Source: Trichosphaerium sp. ATCC 40318 (lineage: Eukaryota > Protista > Tubulinea). From it: a DNA stretch of 64,000 nucleotides. A program made the translations under genes and the position numbers. Below, piece after piece: positions 36,481-50,349 of this stretch (its first letter is position 1; each line of letters opens with the position of its first letter). The stretch spans positions 62,001-126,000 of the forward strand of contig JALMLS010000336.1 in assembly GCA_038496445.1 (NCBI GenBank), given 5' to 3'. A model generated the notes under the pieces. It ran no database searches. It was not told the DNA's origin and saw only the letters and a program-made list of their open reading frames with translations.

Positions 36481-37399
36481 TGTTAGACCACAGCTTACTT
36501 CCATGGAAATGTTTATTGTAACGCAGATAACTTACTAATATAATAAACAGGTTTTATTTTCATACAATCCTTTCACTATAATATTTTAGCATTGAAGGAC
36601 TGTCCCACTAACTAATTCATAGCATGATGGAAGGGATTAAATCTTGTAAGAAGCCGTAAGGTATACCTAATTGAATAATCGGCTGTGCGAAATCTGAACT
36701 TCTTACAAAACAAAAACCGAAAACGTTGGTTTTTCGTACTTGTTGGCATTAAAATTATTATCTGCACATGTCCAAGCTTGATTTCCTCGTATTAGTCTAT
36801 TTGACACGTGATTTTGGTGAGCCACAGCATTCAGATGTCCAAGCCTAATCTCAAAACTCACAAGTTTGTTTAACCGGCATCAGTTCAATCTTGCCACTAA
36901 GCGATACCTCTAGCCATTAGTTTAAACCGAAGTTCAGTCGTTTATCATGGGTAGTACTACAAAAAAGAAAGTGTCAAAAATGATTTCCTTGCTACAATTA
37001 GTTGACATTGCGTAATTTTTTCAAAAAAACGACTCAACCGAAAAAAACGCAAGACCCCGAATTAAGAGCCGTTTCTTTCTCACTTACTTGGTGTCGTTTC
37101 GAATTGCATAAACCAAATTTAGAAATGTAACAATATGGGCTAATTTTAACCGAGATTGTTAGTAACCATGTCACCCAAAAAGGATTTAATATTAAAGCGT
37201 TAAGTCACTTTTGCAATGAGTTCCACTCCTATACTTTTAAAGCTCGGGGCGGGTTTATTTTTAACATTAATTACAGCTACGCTATCTACAGTTTATTTAC
37301 AAGCAAATGAACAGGTATATACAGCTTTCTAAGTTAAATCGGCAAATTACAGTTTCCACGATACCGAATGAGCTTAGAGTAACCCTCTAGGCTTTTACG

Positions 37400-37639
37400 T
37401 TATATATCCATATCCTGCAAGTACTTTGCAGCCATTTTGGATAATCCAAACAGCGACGTTTGGCGCTTTCTGGCTTTCTTTAGCGCTGCTTCACGTTGTT
37501 GCTCTATAGACGCTAATACCAGCGTCATGAAGCTATCCTGGCGTAGTGAACCCTTCAGTCTCTTTGTCTTGAGTTCGTTCACACGTTTAATAGGTTGCTT
37601 CGTTGTTTTTCCGCTAGTTATTACTATGCTCTTACCCAT
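37400..37639 (-). CDS. Small basic hypothetical protein (79 aa)
   Basis: Isolated ATG-initiated ORF with AAAATGG context, protein-like composition and RxxS motifs. No family recognised. Confidence 0.45.
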   Translation of the reverse strand: MGKSIVITSGKTTKQPIKRVNELKTKRLKGSLRQDSFMTLVLASIEQQREAALKKARKRQTSLFGLSKMAAKYLQDMDI

Positions 37640-38408
37640 TTGTAAAATTGAGTGTTTTTAAATGAACTACATGTAGTTTATTGCTTTTTGGAGAAGATCT
37701 TTTTTTAACATACTCAGTTTTGTGTACTAGCGGCGTAAGTTGTTAAAAGCTATAAGATTCACAAAGAGGCATACGCGAAGTATGACGGTTCTATAGTACT
37801 CTCATAATCCGCAAGAATAAAAAAGTAAAACGGGCTGTTGGGTCAGTATAAAAAAGGGTGTTTGGTAAAATCACGCGAAAGCACATACCAAATACGCTTG
37901 ACGCGCTGTAGTACGTGGCCATAACAATCTATCGACGCAATTCTATACGTATACGCTTATACCAGTAACAAGGATACGCATGTTGTTCACTCCACGCTTT
38001 TTGTTTGTTTACTCCAATAAAAAACAAAAAAACGTTTAGATCGTGGCGCTGGTAGGTCCTTTTGTGTGCGTTCTTTTTTTTTTTCAGTACTGGGAACATA
38101 CCTACAGATTTTCCGCGTTTCCCCGCTTTGGTACATAATGATAGTGGTGATCGAGGCGATATGCAAATTGACAGTTTCCGTCTTTTTTAAAAAGTGATCT
38201 GAAGTTGAAACAAAAAAAAGTTCACGTTTTGTACACTTTGCGGGTTTTGCCGATACTATCAACACGTATAACGCCGTACAATGACATTTGGCACCACTAT
38301 TTTGAGGTAGAGGATGTTTGAATAGCACATTTGGAAAGGGTTTTGAACAACAGTAAAAATTTCGGATTTTCTTGGGTATAATTTTCATAATAGCTAAAAC
38401 ACAACAAG

Positions 38409-40601
38409 ATGAACACCTCCTCTGCGAGGTACGTACAAAATACTCCATTTATCTAACGTAAGAAATATTCTTACAACATTTTTAGTTTCATTTTTGCTTG
38501 CCTTATCGCTGTCGTGGCATGTGGAAACCTACAGTATTATGGTATGCGTATACGTGTTATTTATTTACCTAACATTGGATAGGCGTCAACTATGCTGGAG
38601 CAGGTATTTCGCAGTTTTTTGTTTCGTAACGTCGTTTATCCTAAATGAACCTAGAGTTTGGCCATGGTAACTTCTGGCCTCAAGCAAACACTGTAGACTA
38701 CTTTATCGGACAGGTACAAAATCACGTGTTTGTTTGTTGTTTTTTTTGTTCGTTTGAAAAGTTTGGCCGACTTCGCGAACTGACTTGTTTATAAGGGCAT
38801 GTGTACTTTTAGAGTACCTTTCTTGTGGCAAAGACTTCAACAACCAGCAGATTTCAGCATCCGCTTTGGAGAAACACAATACTGGAATGAACTAAAGGAC
38901 TCAGTCGACCTTATCACTGGAAAAGGTGGAAGCTATATTATTGATCCACACAACTAGTACGCCAAAGACTATTCCCGTCTTTTCTTTTTGACTCACAAAA
39001 ACTACTAGCGCAAGGTATGACTCGAACAAACACTGTGAAGGCCCATTCTGTGGCAATGTCCTAGACAGTGGAGAAGCATCACGTGATGACTTTATCGGCA
39101 TGTGGCGCCTATTTGCTAGAGAGTACAGCTCAAACTCACGTGTTATTTTCGTATGTTCTGAATTTATCGATTTTTTGTTTTTGTGCCACATCTCACATAT
39201 CTCCTCTTCAGGGTCTCATGAACGAGCCACATGATCTCGGTGGTTTGGGTACACATGGTTGGAGACAAATCGTCCAACTCACAATCAACGCAATCAGAGA
39301 AGAAGGTCCGTTCTTCTTTTTCAGTACTTCTCTATTTTTTTAGCTAACTTCTTCATTGTAGGTGCCAATAACTTGATCCTTGTCCCTGGTAACCACTGGA
39401 CTGGTGCTCACTCTTGGCTAAACTCAGAGTACGTCATTAGTTTCTATTTAGTAACAGTCTCCTTTAATACTACTGTAGTAATGCTGCAAACTTTGAAGGA
39501 CTCCAGGATCCTGCAAACAACTTTGCTATTGAAGTTCACAACTATTTCGATGGCGATCACTCTGGCACAAACTCTGGCTGCGCAAGTACGTCATAACAAA
39601 ACAATTTAGACTTGATGAGTAAGGTACTAACAGCCGGTTGTAGGCAACTGCGAAAACCAACTCAGCGGCTTTACTAGCTGGTGTAGAAGAAATGGATACA
39701 AAGCACTTTTGGGTGAATTCGGCGGTGGTAGAAACAACAACTGCCAAACATGTATCACTGATGTCATGGAGTACGTTGTTTACCTCTAGTAGCTTTTCGT
39801 TTCTCTCTTACTTAGTTCTACTTTTTAACCGTTTATTAGACACATGGAAGGTAATAGCGATGTATGGATTGGATGGACTTGGTGGGCAGCTGGCGAAGAA
39901 TGGCCAACTGATTATCTATTTAATCTTCAACCTGTTGGAGGTGACAGACAGCAAATGTCTTGGTTGACACCTTACACTGGATGTAACGGAGGAACATCTA
40001 CCCCTACACCAACACCTACACACTACCCCAACACCAACACCAACCCCTACACCTACCCCAACACCAACACCAACACCAACCCCAACACCAACCCCAACCC
40101 CAACACCAACACCTACCCCTACACCAACACCAACCCCAACACCAACCCCAACACCAACGCCAACCCCAACCCCAACGCCTACACCAAGCCCTGGCGGTTG
40201 CCCTACCGTTCAAAATATTGCTATCAACAGTACGAGGAATCTCGTGTAAAACTGCAGTAGTTTAATTTTTTTTTAGACTGGGGAAGCGGAATGAATGCTT
40301 TGGTTAGGATCTCGTCATCATCCACATTAACTAGCCTTAAAATACGTCAAATCTCCTCAAACGGAGCTGTACCACTTAACTGCTGGTCGTCTCAACGACA
40401 TAACGCAGTAAGCGAAACTGATACAGAGGTACGATCGAATGCTACATTACCCAACATTTTATCACGTGCTAATTATTTAAATAGATTAATTTCTGGAACC
40501 CATTCAACTCCGGTATTACTGAAGTATACGGATGTACCTGGAGCAAGGGCGATAACAATCTCCAAGTAGTTATTTTGGAAGCAAACGGACAACCATGCTA
40601 G
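38409..40601 (+). CDS. Secreted GH5 endoglucanase with Pro/Thr linker and CBM2-like module
   Basis: Signal peptide; GVNYAGAEFG, FRVPFLWQRLQ, DPHNY, GLMNEPHD (acid/base), FEVHNYFD, LGEFGGG (nucleophile), WIGWTWWAAG. PT linker, then C..NWGSG..W..C. Confidence 0.92.
39995..40190 (+). repeat. (ACN CCN)n Thr-Pro linker repeat in the cellulase
   Basis: Tandem ACACCA/ACCCCA hexamers. Confidence 0.9.
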
Positions 40602-40922
40602 ATTTTTTTCGTAAAAACAATAAACCAATTGTACAACCCTAAAAGCCAACAAGTTTCTTATCCTGCAATGTTGATCAAAATACGCCCTGAAGTAGAAAAC
40701 TCTTACTGTTTTCGTCTCAGATTTCCGTCTATAGTTTACTCCTTTTAATACTCTAAACAGAACGCAATTTAAAGAAATATTGTTCATCTCCAAACAAGAG
40801 TTAGCGTTTAATAGTTACTCAGTATTAGTTCTGAATAGGTGTCATGAGAAGATATAAAGTAAGGTTGATGTCTGAAACTTTATTTTAACCCTGTACCATT
40901 CATTTACCATTACTGGACATGT

Positions 40923-41790
40923 CTATAACGAACATATATCTTGTAATTCTCCGGTTTCATCCCAATACATACACTTCCCTTCTGCGTCACCACCTATAAA
41001 ATAACAATGAAAACGAAATCTCCCATTTTTATACCGACACTGTGATAGTCCTTCTACTTTATCGTTTTTGTAATTACACTCCTTGTACGGTACACCATTC
41101 ACATGCCAACTTTTTTGATTTCCTTCTTTTTTATCTCTTTTGTAAGTACACTTTGATTTATTTTGTCCACCCATGTACCATTCTCTTTTTATTCCTGTTC
41201 TTCTACCGCTGACGTATTTACAATTTTCTTTTAATTGACCATTAGAATACCATCTCCTTAGAACACCACAGATATCACCATTTTGATAGTTAACATGCTC
41301 GCTTAATTGTCCATTTTTATGCCATCGTTTGAATTCACCATCTAATTCACCATCAACATAATGACAATGTGTGATCAATAAACCATAGTCATTCCAACAC
41401 TTTACTTCACCATTCAGTTCGCCATGACTCCAATACTCTTGTTCAACAAGCTGCAATACTTTGACATCTCTTGGTTTTATTAAAAGTCTTCATCATCTTC
41501 ATCATCTTCATCATCGTCGTCTTTCCATTTACTTGCACGTACGCTATGTTTAAGCCATTTACCATGTTTATTTAAGTCACTATCAAATCTTGTTGCTGTT
41601 GCACTGTATTTTGAAAGCAAAGGCCATTTTTTATACACTTCTAAGTCTAAATCGATAATATCTAGGTTAATCTCAAGTGGAATGTTAAACAGATAACAAT
41701 CTATATTCTAGCGCTTAATAAGAGAAGAAGTATCGTATAAGCAAAACAAAGGGTGTACTGTATTTATTGTTGGCTTAGGGTTGTTATTAT
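40923..41790 (-). CDS. Second F-box-like plus MORN2-repeat protein (paralog of 34603-36480)
   Basis: LFNIPLEINLDIIDLDLEVY..RFDSDLNKHGKW, an intron at about 41452-41542, then about 7 MORN2 repeats. Start codon unresolved. Confidence 0.75.
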
Positions 41791-42196
41791 CCTGCGTATG
41801 TGATGATTTCTAGTGTATACGCTTAGTTATTGCATAATATTGTTAAAGATGTATAGTACTTTGTGTTTGTTAGCGCTAGATGATGTATTACCCATGAAAC
41901 TTTCTTGTAAGGCTAGCTTAAACGCTTAAACGCCTAACCTTAAGGCTAAGATATGTAACAAATAGATACTTCTACTCAACACATGCAATTTCGGTTCTAT
42001 GTGATTGTTGCTACAATACCACTTAATAGAAGTGTATATGAAAGGACTAAGACATTGTAGAATCACTATAGTTGTACGATTAAATGAATGCAAAACAAAA
42101 TTGTGAAAGGTAAGACATTGTAACATTACAGATGTCTATTGACTAGCAGCCTTGAAGTGCTCCATACGATTGGTTTTATTTGTTCTATTTTTTAGT

Positions 42197-45100
42197 TTAT
42201 GTATACACAGCACTATCAAGAATAGATGACCACAGAGTAGGTGTTTCAGCACAAAGAAATCTTGTTGGATAAAAACATAGATGACCTTTAATCAAAGACA
42301 ACTTTGACTTCTTCTCATTATTAGGTGGTTGTGTCTTTGCTACTTCATACTCGCTGAAAGTGAGGTAACTATCACGAGGTACCTCTGGGAATACAGATTC
42401 AAAAACATCAGTGTTGGTGCGAGCCCTTAATAAACATAAGAAAAAAGTAGGAATTTTTTTGCTAACTACAACAAAAGTTCACAGTTCGACAGGACGTTAT
42501 CATTATATCGTTCTGGTTTGGTATTGATTTTCCTACGTACGTCTTTAACCATAAGTCCTTGTAGAATCTATCCTTGTTGATATCTTGTACTCTAGCATGA
42601 TCAACTTCACTTCCGAAATCAAGACCAAGATGTTCAATCATTAAATGCATTCTTAGACCATAAACAAAAGCGTTTGCTTTGTATGGTTTTCCAGACATTA
42701 CTGAATCGATAGTTTCACCACCAGTTATCACCATACCTAGTTTAAAATAAATTAAAAACACGTACTATCAAAACAAGCAAATGAACTTCAGACGCATATT
42801 CCAACAGAAAAACTCCATGAGAAAAAAAAAGAAAACTAACCAAGCTCTGAATCTCGCTTTCCGCTGAAACTTCTATCATTTAAATTCGCAGAAGCAATAA
42901 CACACTTTTTATCATCAACTAATACAATTGAGTAAGAAGTAGTTTCCCAAACGAATTGACAGCAAATTGTAAAAAAAAAGTTTGTTTATGTAAACTTACC
43001 AAGCATTACTTTACTATGAACAAAGATTTGCTCATGTGCCAGTTTACCGCTAGGGAAAATACCATGACTTCTTAATTGGAAAAATCCTAAATATTCATCA
43101 AGGTCTATGCCTGGATGCCTAAAAACGGAAGTCAGATCATTGTACAAACATTAAAACAAAATGAGCAATAATTAGTACCTGTCTTTAAGTACTTCAATCA
43201 TAGATGTTCCTCCACGTGATATAGTATTGTACTGATACTGAACAAGAGGGACAACTCTATTTGTCAAATCTTCCGGTTGTGTAGTAACAATAATGGCCTT
43301 GAACTTCCGTCCCTCTAAGAACAGGCGTTAAAAAAAAAGAATAAAACGGTTACAAAAGTTTGAAGGTACCATTTATTGCTGCAGATATGCGATCTACAAT
43401 GGCGTTTGAAACCAAGTTTCCAACACCCTCGGCATTACCAGAAACAAAGAACTAATGATAAAAAATCAAAAAATCACGTGTCACGGCAGTCAATAAAATG
43501 ATAAAAAAAAACCAGAATGTGTAAACAACAAAAACAAAAAAAGTAAACTGACAAACAACATACCTGATTCTCTACATAAACATAATGTTGAGCGTCTTTT
43601 ATAATATCCAAATAAGAACCGTATATTGATGTCTCTGTGCGGTCAGCACCAGACCACTTACAAATAGACCTCACCAACTAAACCAAAAAAAACGATTAAC
43701 ATAAAAATCAATGAATATGAATTTATTCGTACCTGACAGTCTACAACATGACTGCGAGGGAACCAGTACTTGAAATCCTCAGCCTATATAACATTGTTAA
43801 TTGATTTCTGGTGCCATAAAAAAAAAAGAAAAGAAAACAACAGGTTCGGTGCTTACTTTCTTTCTAGCATAAATGGACTTGACCAAACTTTTTTCTGTAT
43901 CATCTTTGCCTTCGGTAGTATCTTTTTGGTCTTCATCAAGATCTTTGTCACTATCAGTTTTTTGAATTACATTACCGCTAAATACAAGAGACTTCATCAA
44001 CTATAAAGACAAAGGCATCAGAGACAAGACTAATAACACAACACTAAAAAGTTGTAAATAGTTCGTACAGATGGTTTCTCGTCTACAACAGGTGTAGGTG
44101 CCCGATTTTCTGCTTCATTACCGTCCCAATACTTATCGTAGTCACTGTACCACGCCATATTCTTACACGTCAACATAGGATACTTATCTTTGCCTCTATA
44201 CTTGGATGAAAAGTTCACGTGATGATTCCATCTTTGCACTAGAAAATGTAAGCACATAGCAAAATCACGTGTTAACAAGGTCCACGTTGTCAAAGGGTTT
44301 CGTCTTGAATGGATCCATTACGTACCAAAGTTGTAGGTCAAGTCAATAACAGCTTCACCTTCAATATACACATCAATATCATGCCAAGGCATTCTTGCAA
44401 CTTCTGATTGATCAACAATTTGCTTATCCGGGTCTTCATATTTATCAGCCTTCTTTACAAGAGGAGCATAGTAGTCCTACATCACAATCAGAAAAAATTA
44501 GGCAGTTTTAGAAGAGCTGAAGTTGAAAACAAGCTCATCAAACCATGAGAAGAACAAAAAGAAGGAAAACAAATAAAAAGGCGTACAAGTCCCCACCAGT
44601 AACGACCATCAGGATCTACAACACGGTGTTCATCCCAATCATATCTACCAGTACTAAAAAAAGAGGAAAGAACGTTAACAACACAAACCAGAAGCCAAAA
44701 AAAAATAAAACTCAAACCTCATATCAATGCCACCTAGAAATCCATATTTATCATCAACAACAACGAATTTTTGGTGATGACTGTATTGTACAGGTTTTAT
44801 TGGAGGGTGTCTTACAACCACTAATAAGAATGAGCTATTTGTAAGAGAAGTAACCGAGAAATACAAAAAAACAAAAAAAAACAAAAAAAAATTGTTTAAC
44901 TGTCTGTTTTGGACTGACAGCGAGTAGAAGCGCACCAATATTCTTGCTTAGTCCTTCAACGTAATGCTTGTTGAATTTACTCTTATTTGACATTGCAAGA
45001 TTGGTTTCATCCTAAATAGATTGTTTATACCAACACACGCGTAATACAAACGTATTCGAGTACGTACCCAAAGAAGGATGTATATTTTAACGCCTGAATC

Positions 45101-45561
45101 AGCAACTCTCTTTAAAATGTTGTCAAGCCTATCTAGAGGATCTCTATCGTCTGAATACCGCCTCATGTAAATTGTAGGTACCTATGTGGTTTCAACAAAC
45201 TGAACTCGAACTAAAACGCGTACAAATATCCAAAAGGACATGTATACATGCGATTTGGCGATTTCTATTTTAGAAATCATTTGCTATCGTTCGTTAGCGT
45301 TATAACAATCTAAACGGTTTATTACCTCAAAACAAACCCTTCCATCGACTAACCAGCGCGCTTTGATTCCATGTCGTACGGGAGCGTAACTCCTGTTCTC
45401 TTTTGGGTCTTTATAGATGCCTACAAGACTGAGGTCACTCCCCGAAGGTACAAACACAAAAATACGTTGCAAGACAGTTAAATCGTACCAGTCCCTCCTT
45501 TTTGTGCTCCAACATCGTTCAAATCTTCCCCAGTATTCACTGTATCCTTATTATTGGCCAT
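42197..45561 (-). CDS. PLD: Phospholipase D (PLD1/2-type, no PX/PH domain seen)
   Basis: SYAPVR..ARWLVDG, HHQKFVVVDD..FLGGID..GRYD, RMPWHD, HFVQRWN, VRSICKWS, YVYVENQ, FVHSKVMLVDD..SANLNDRS..RDSE. Confidence 0.93.
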
Positions 45562-45842
45562 ACGAGATGCTACTACCGATAAAAATTGAGTGAGGAGCTA
45601 AGAACGTTGTTGAAACTTTTTTCTAATATTTCACCAGAGTTTATCTGATGAATGTACGTACTGCATCCTAAAAACATGCAATAACGGATATTTTATACAA
45701 GTGTTTATCCAAAGGTATTTTGAGCTATTATGGCCACGTGACAAGTTACGTATACCACGTGGTTATCATTTACGTTGCCGTTAAGAGATGTACTTATCAC
45801 CTCTGCCTTAGTGTATCAAACTCGACTTCCTCGTTTGTAAAC

Positions 45843-47658
45843 ATGGAGAGCATCAAAGTGTTGACTCTTAATTGCTGGGGTGTACCCGATTTTGTGACGA
45901 AACGAAAGGTTCGCAAGGTTTAGTTCATCTGATGTAATATCGTGCAGGAGTTAGGTAAAAAGTACGCAGATGATAAAACGACGCGTATGACGAAGATTGC
46001 AGAGAGTTTGGGGTTAGTCTGACATTTTTACGCCAAAAACGCTAATTTTGCGCTAGAGAATATGACGTGGTAGGCTTAGAAGAGATTTGGATGACGTCTG
46101 ATGTACAACGAACTTTATTTAGTTTACCTTGGCGACTAACTCTACAAAGGCTAATTTGATACGCAAAATAGCACGTAAGCATGGGTTAAAGCACTCTCAC
46201 TTCTTTAACTCGCATGGGTTACTCGGTAGCGGTCTTCTAGTCCTCTCTAGGTACTATTTGCGTTGTTGAATAACTACGATCTGACGTTAAAACAGATTTC
46301 CTATCGTTGCGTCTAAGTTTCATCCTTTCTCTCTAAACGGGAGAATATTCCGTCTATTTAAGCATGGCGATTTATTTGCAGCTAAAGGAGTAGGTTAGTA
46401 CTATTATAATTCGTTTTAACGCTTTTCGTTATGACTTCTTTGAAAAAAAGTTGATTTTCGAATCGAGCTCTTCGCATTCACTTACTCGATGTATTTGATT
46501 AGGTATGACAGTGATATCTACGCCTTTTGGGAATCTCGATTTCTTGCTAACACATACGATACCTCAAGTACGTTTTCGGCCTTGAAGAGAGATTTTTTTG
46601 ATTTTCTTGAAACTTCACATTCTTATTTTTTTTTTGTTGTAGTACTGCACACATTATCCGTATTACCCATCACAGTTTACTGAGTATTACTTTCAACAAT
46701 TATTACAAACATGTGAGATTATGGATTTTGTTGAAGCTAATTGCAAGAGTGACGCTAATATATTTGTTGGGTAATGAGATTGTATTTTTTCTTATTTTTT
46801 TCTGACACATTGTGTCATTTGAGCCATCAAGTCATAATTTTTTGTTTTATGCAGGGATTTTAATATGGGACCAAATCACCAGTTCTATCACATGTTCAAA
46901 AAAGTTACTGGGTTTAAGGATTCTTGGATAACATGTCAAGGCGAAGATTTCGGCGAAACTTTTTGGTGCGTAGACTTTTTTTGAAATGATACGTTTTTGA
47001 CTTGTCTTTTAATTATTTTTTATTTAGGGATGGCGTTGGTGGTATGACAGGACGCATTGATTTTATGTTTCATAAAAACGGTAACAAAAGCAAGGTAATA
47101 GTTTGAGAAAGACTAGTTTTATCAACAGGTTTTTTCGCTAACAACCGAGCTAGATGAGCGCTCTTCAGCCTAAAGCTGGAAAAGTAGTGTTTGATTGGGC
47201 TATAGATAAAGCTAAAGGCAAAACTACAAAGTATTTATACTCTGATCACTATGGAGTGGAGATTGATTTCATTAAAGGCGACAAAGAGGTGCGAATTAAA
47301 TACTTTGCTTTAAGCCTTAAAAACGAAACTAAATGTTTGAAAAAAAAAGGAAGAGAGACAAGTTACAGTTACTGATGATGACCTTCGTGATACTATTGGT
47401 AAAGCTTGGGATGATATGAACCAAGGTATTAAGTGGACTTCAAAGAGGGCATTCAGGCATAGTATTGTAGCTTTTTTGATGGTTGTTTTTGCTGTCATTA
47501 TGTCGGAGTTTTTGTTTGATGGTATGAATCTTTTGGTTATTATGTTCACTATTATTGGTGCTATTGTTGGTGCTTATGCTTGTTGGAAATGGCATGTTGT
47601 AGGTATTTACATGAAACAAAGGAATAACTTGTATCAACGTATAAAGGAAATAAAATAA
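45843..47658 (+). CDS. Neutral sphingomyelinase / ISC1-SMPD2-like EEP phosphodiesterase
   Basis: KVLTLNCWGVP, YDVVGLEEIW, GSGLLVLSRFPI, HGDLFAAKGVG, GDFN, RIDFMF, YSDHYGV; two C-terminal TMs. Confidence 0.9.
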
Positions 47659-47852
47659 ACCACCACAACGTAATTCTTTATCTGAACCAGAACATGTTTG
47701 GAAAACCAAGTACAAAGCTCTAAAAAACTAGAGACTGGAAAAACTGAATTTTTACGTTTGTGGTTGTACAAGAACTAGCTAAGTTGGTTTCGCGGCCCAA
47801 AGTGATCTTAACCGAAAAACTCCCAGTACACCCAATAGACGTGGCAGCGTTT

Positions 47853-48750
47853 ATGAGGTTGCATGCTGTACATGTATGCGTTATAGCGTTGCTATCCTTA
47901 GGAGAAAGGGTTTCTGGACAATTATTGGGTTGTAACTTCGAAACTACCTGTGACGCCTGTAGTAGCTCTAGTACATGTCAGTGGTGCCCTGTAGACAGGA
48001 GATGCCTTGAAAACTATCAGCAATGTAGGGAAGGTTCAAAAGTCTCTAATTGTACGATATTTACGCTGAGGAAAGCGTAATTAGCAGTTAAAGTAATTTA
48101 AATTAGGCTCGTGTATAGCTGCTACTGATTGCGTCTCTTGCGCTTCTCAAACCTCTCTAGAACGTTGCAAGTGGTGTGAGTACGTTTTGATCGTTATTTT
48201 GGGCATGAACTAATAGCGCACTTAGCGGTGATCAAACATGCACAGTTGAAGGGTACATACTCTCTGTTACCAAACTCAATGCTTTTAAAGCTCTTTCATT
48301 TTATTCGTTAAAATCAGCCAATTGACATGGTGTAGGGACTGTTCCAGCGCTGTAGATATACCAGTTACTGATATAAAAAGATGCGCTCCTGTTCTATCTA
48401 TTGGCGTAAAGATTGCTATTTCTTTAGCTGTAATAGCAGTTGCTATTATTATACTTGGACTGGCTGCTTTCTTTTTATGGCAGCCTCTTATAAATTACTG
48501 TAGAGGTGATACTAAAGCATATGGTATCCCAAGATCATCTTCCAATAATGGTGTTGATACAGGCTCAAGTGCTACAAGCTATATTCGTACGTCAGGGATT
48601 TTTTTGATCATCAAGTCAAGCGATTCTCAGAATTTTAATGTATTTGCTTTTCTTTTGTACAAAACGTCTTCTGGCTGGTGTGTTTATTAATACTTTTTGT
48701 ATGTAGCACCTGATATGGCAGATAATCCTAAAATGGTAGATGCTTCGTAA
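47853..48750 (+). CDS. Small single-pass protein with PSI-like Cys repeats
   Basis: Signal peptide; TCDACSSSSTCQWCPVDRRC and DCVSCAS..RCKWC; TM IAISLAVIAVAIIILGLAAFFLW. Confidence 0.78.
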
Positions 48751-49489
48751 GTATAAAAGGGTACCCTACTGTGTAAATTAAATAAATTACGTGTATTAAT
48801 GGTACAGTGCCTTTTAAAAAGTTTTGGGACAATAGAACAACCGAAAACTGTACGGACGCATGGGTTAATACCTCCACATAGTCCTAACAGCGTGATGTAA
48901 AAACAGAATAGTAAAGGTCATAGCTGCAAACGTTCAGATAATAAAGACAATTATTTCGGGCTTAGGAGTGTAAAATTCCATACCTCATGTGTTGGAGCGA
49001 GAATGTAAAAAAATTGAAAGCGTTTACATACTGTTAACCAAGCCCGAAAAATATGCGAGTTTTCTTTCTTCGCATATGATAGGAAACTCGCAAATTTTTG
49101 GGTATATCCGTAAAGCGAGAGTTTCAGTGGTTGCTAACCTTGTAACCTCTGAACAAGTCGTCATGGGTATCAATAGTTTGCTGTAGATTTTGATCTTACT
49201 ACTGTTGAACGAAGTTAAGACATCACGAAAGATGTTGCTAGTAACTGTAATAAATTACGTCATAATCACGAGTCATTGTAATTTTTACATATTATCTGAA
49301 TCGAATTTTATAGTACACGTGATTTACAAACATCCGTACCATTTTGGTGCGTGTATTAATATACTGTTGAGTATACATTATCAATACATATTAGTTGAAT
49401 ATCACAAAAAGTTGAGACCTATTTGTTGAACAGGTATTAGTTGTAGTTTTTTTAAAAAAGGCAACACCGCATTCGATAAACAACAGAAC

Positions 49490-50349
49490 ATGCTAATTAC
49501 TAATAAAACCAAATACAACGCCTATGTTATACCTTGTTCTAGTAGCGAGTATTTCATTGCGGATATATTCCCTGACTCATCTGTAACAACCTTTTCGGTT
49601 GAAGAACTAAGAAAAATTGGCAATATTCCCAAAGAAATCAGGACGCTTAAAGATTTATGGATAGCAAATATTGCAGCAATGGCTGTACTTACTACCAGAG
49701 AGGTTATAAGAAGCAAGCTATTGATAGAAGCTGATAGGGTCGTAGGGTGGATAAAGAAGAATTCTATACCGATCAAACCACAACAGGTAAATAGCAATTA
49801 AACTTCAATATGTTACTGTTCTCTTTAGGCTGTAGATGTTTATGATACAGAGTTTTTTGAATACGTAACGATCAATGGTTGGAGAAAGTTATTAAACGCT
49901 AAATATATCACTTTGATGGTGTGTTGTAAAGGCAGAACAACAAGGTATCTTGCACTAGTTCGCAACATTTTACAATCCTTAACTTGCTTAGTTCAACTTG
50001 TGGTACAGATGATGCTATGGAAATTACAAACAAAGGTCTACAAAAGGCAGTATCCCCATGGAATCATGTTTGTATTCCAGAATTGTTCCGTACTGAGAAA
50101 AGGGAGGAGACTTCATTTGTAATAGATGAGTTGCATGACACAACAATTGAAAGCGCAATTAAACATGCTAGTGCAAATCAGAGTATAACAGACATGGTGT
50201 TTTTCCGTAATCGAACTGTTTTATATGGTCCTCCAAGTATTGTTATACCACGCAACAGTGCATATTTTTGTACAGGAACTAAGATTAAAACTCACAAGGA
50301 GATGGTACATAAAGTAAAAATGTATGAAAAAAGGCGATACAGGAGGTAG
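49490..50349 (+). CDS. Hypothetical protein or gene fragment
   Basis: Three open segments separated by GT-AG introns. LWIANIAAMAVL..VVGWIKK loosely resembles VWA5A-type C-termini. 5' end unclear. Confidence 0.4.

Noticed and set aside
40016-40213. Trp/Cys/Gly ORF on the minus strand
   Set aside because: It is the antisense reading of the cellulase Thr-Pro linker.
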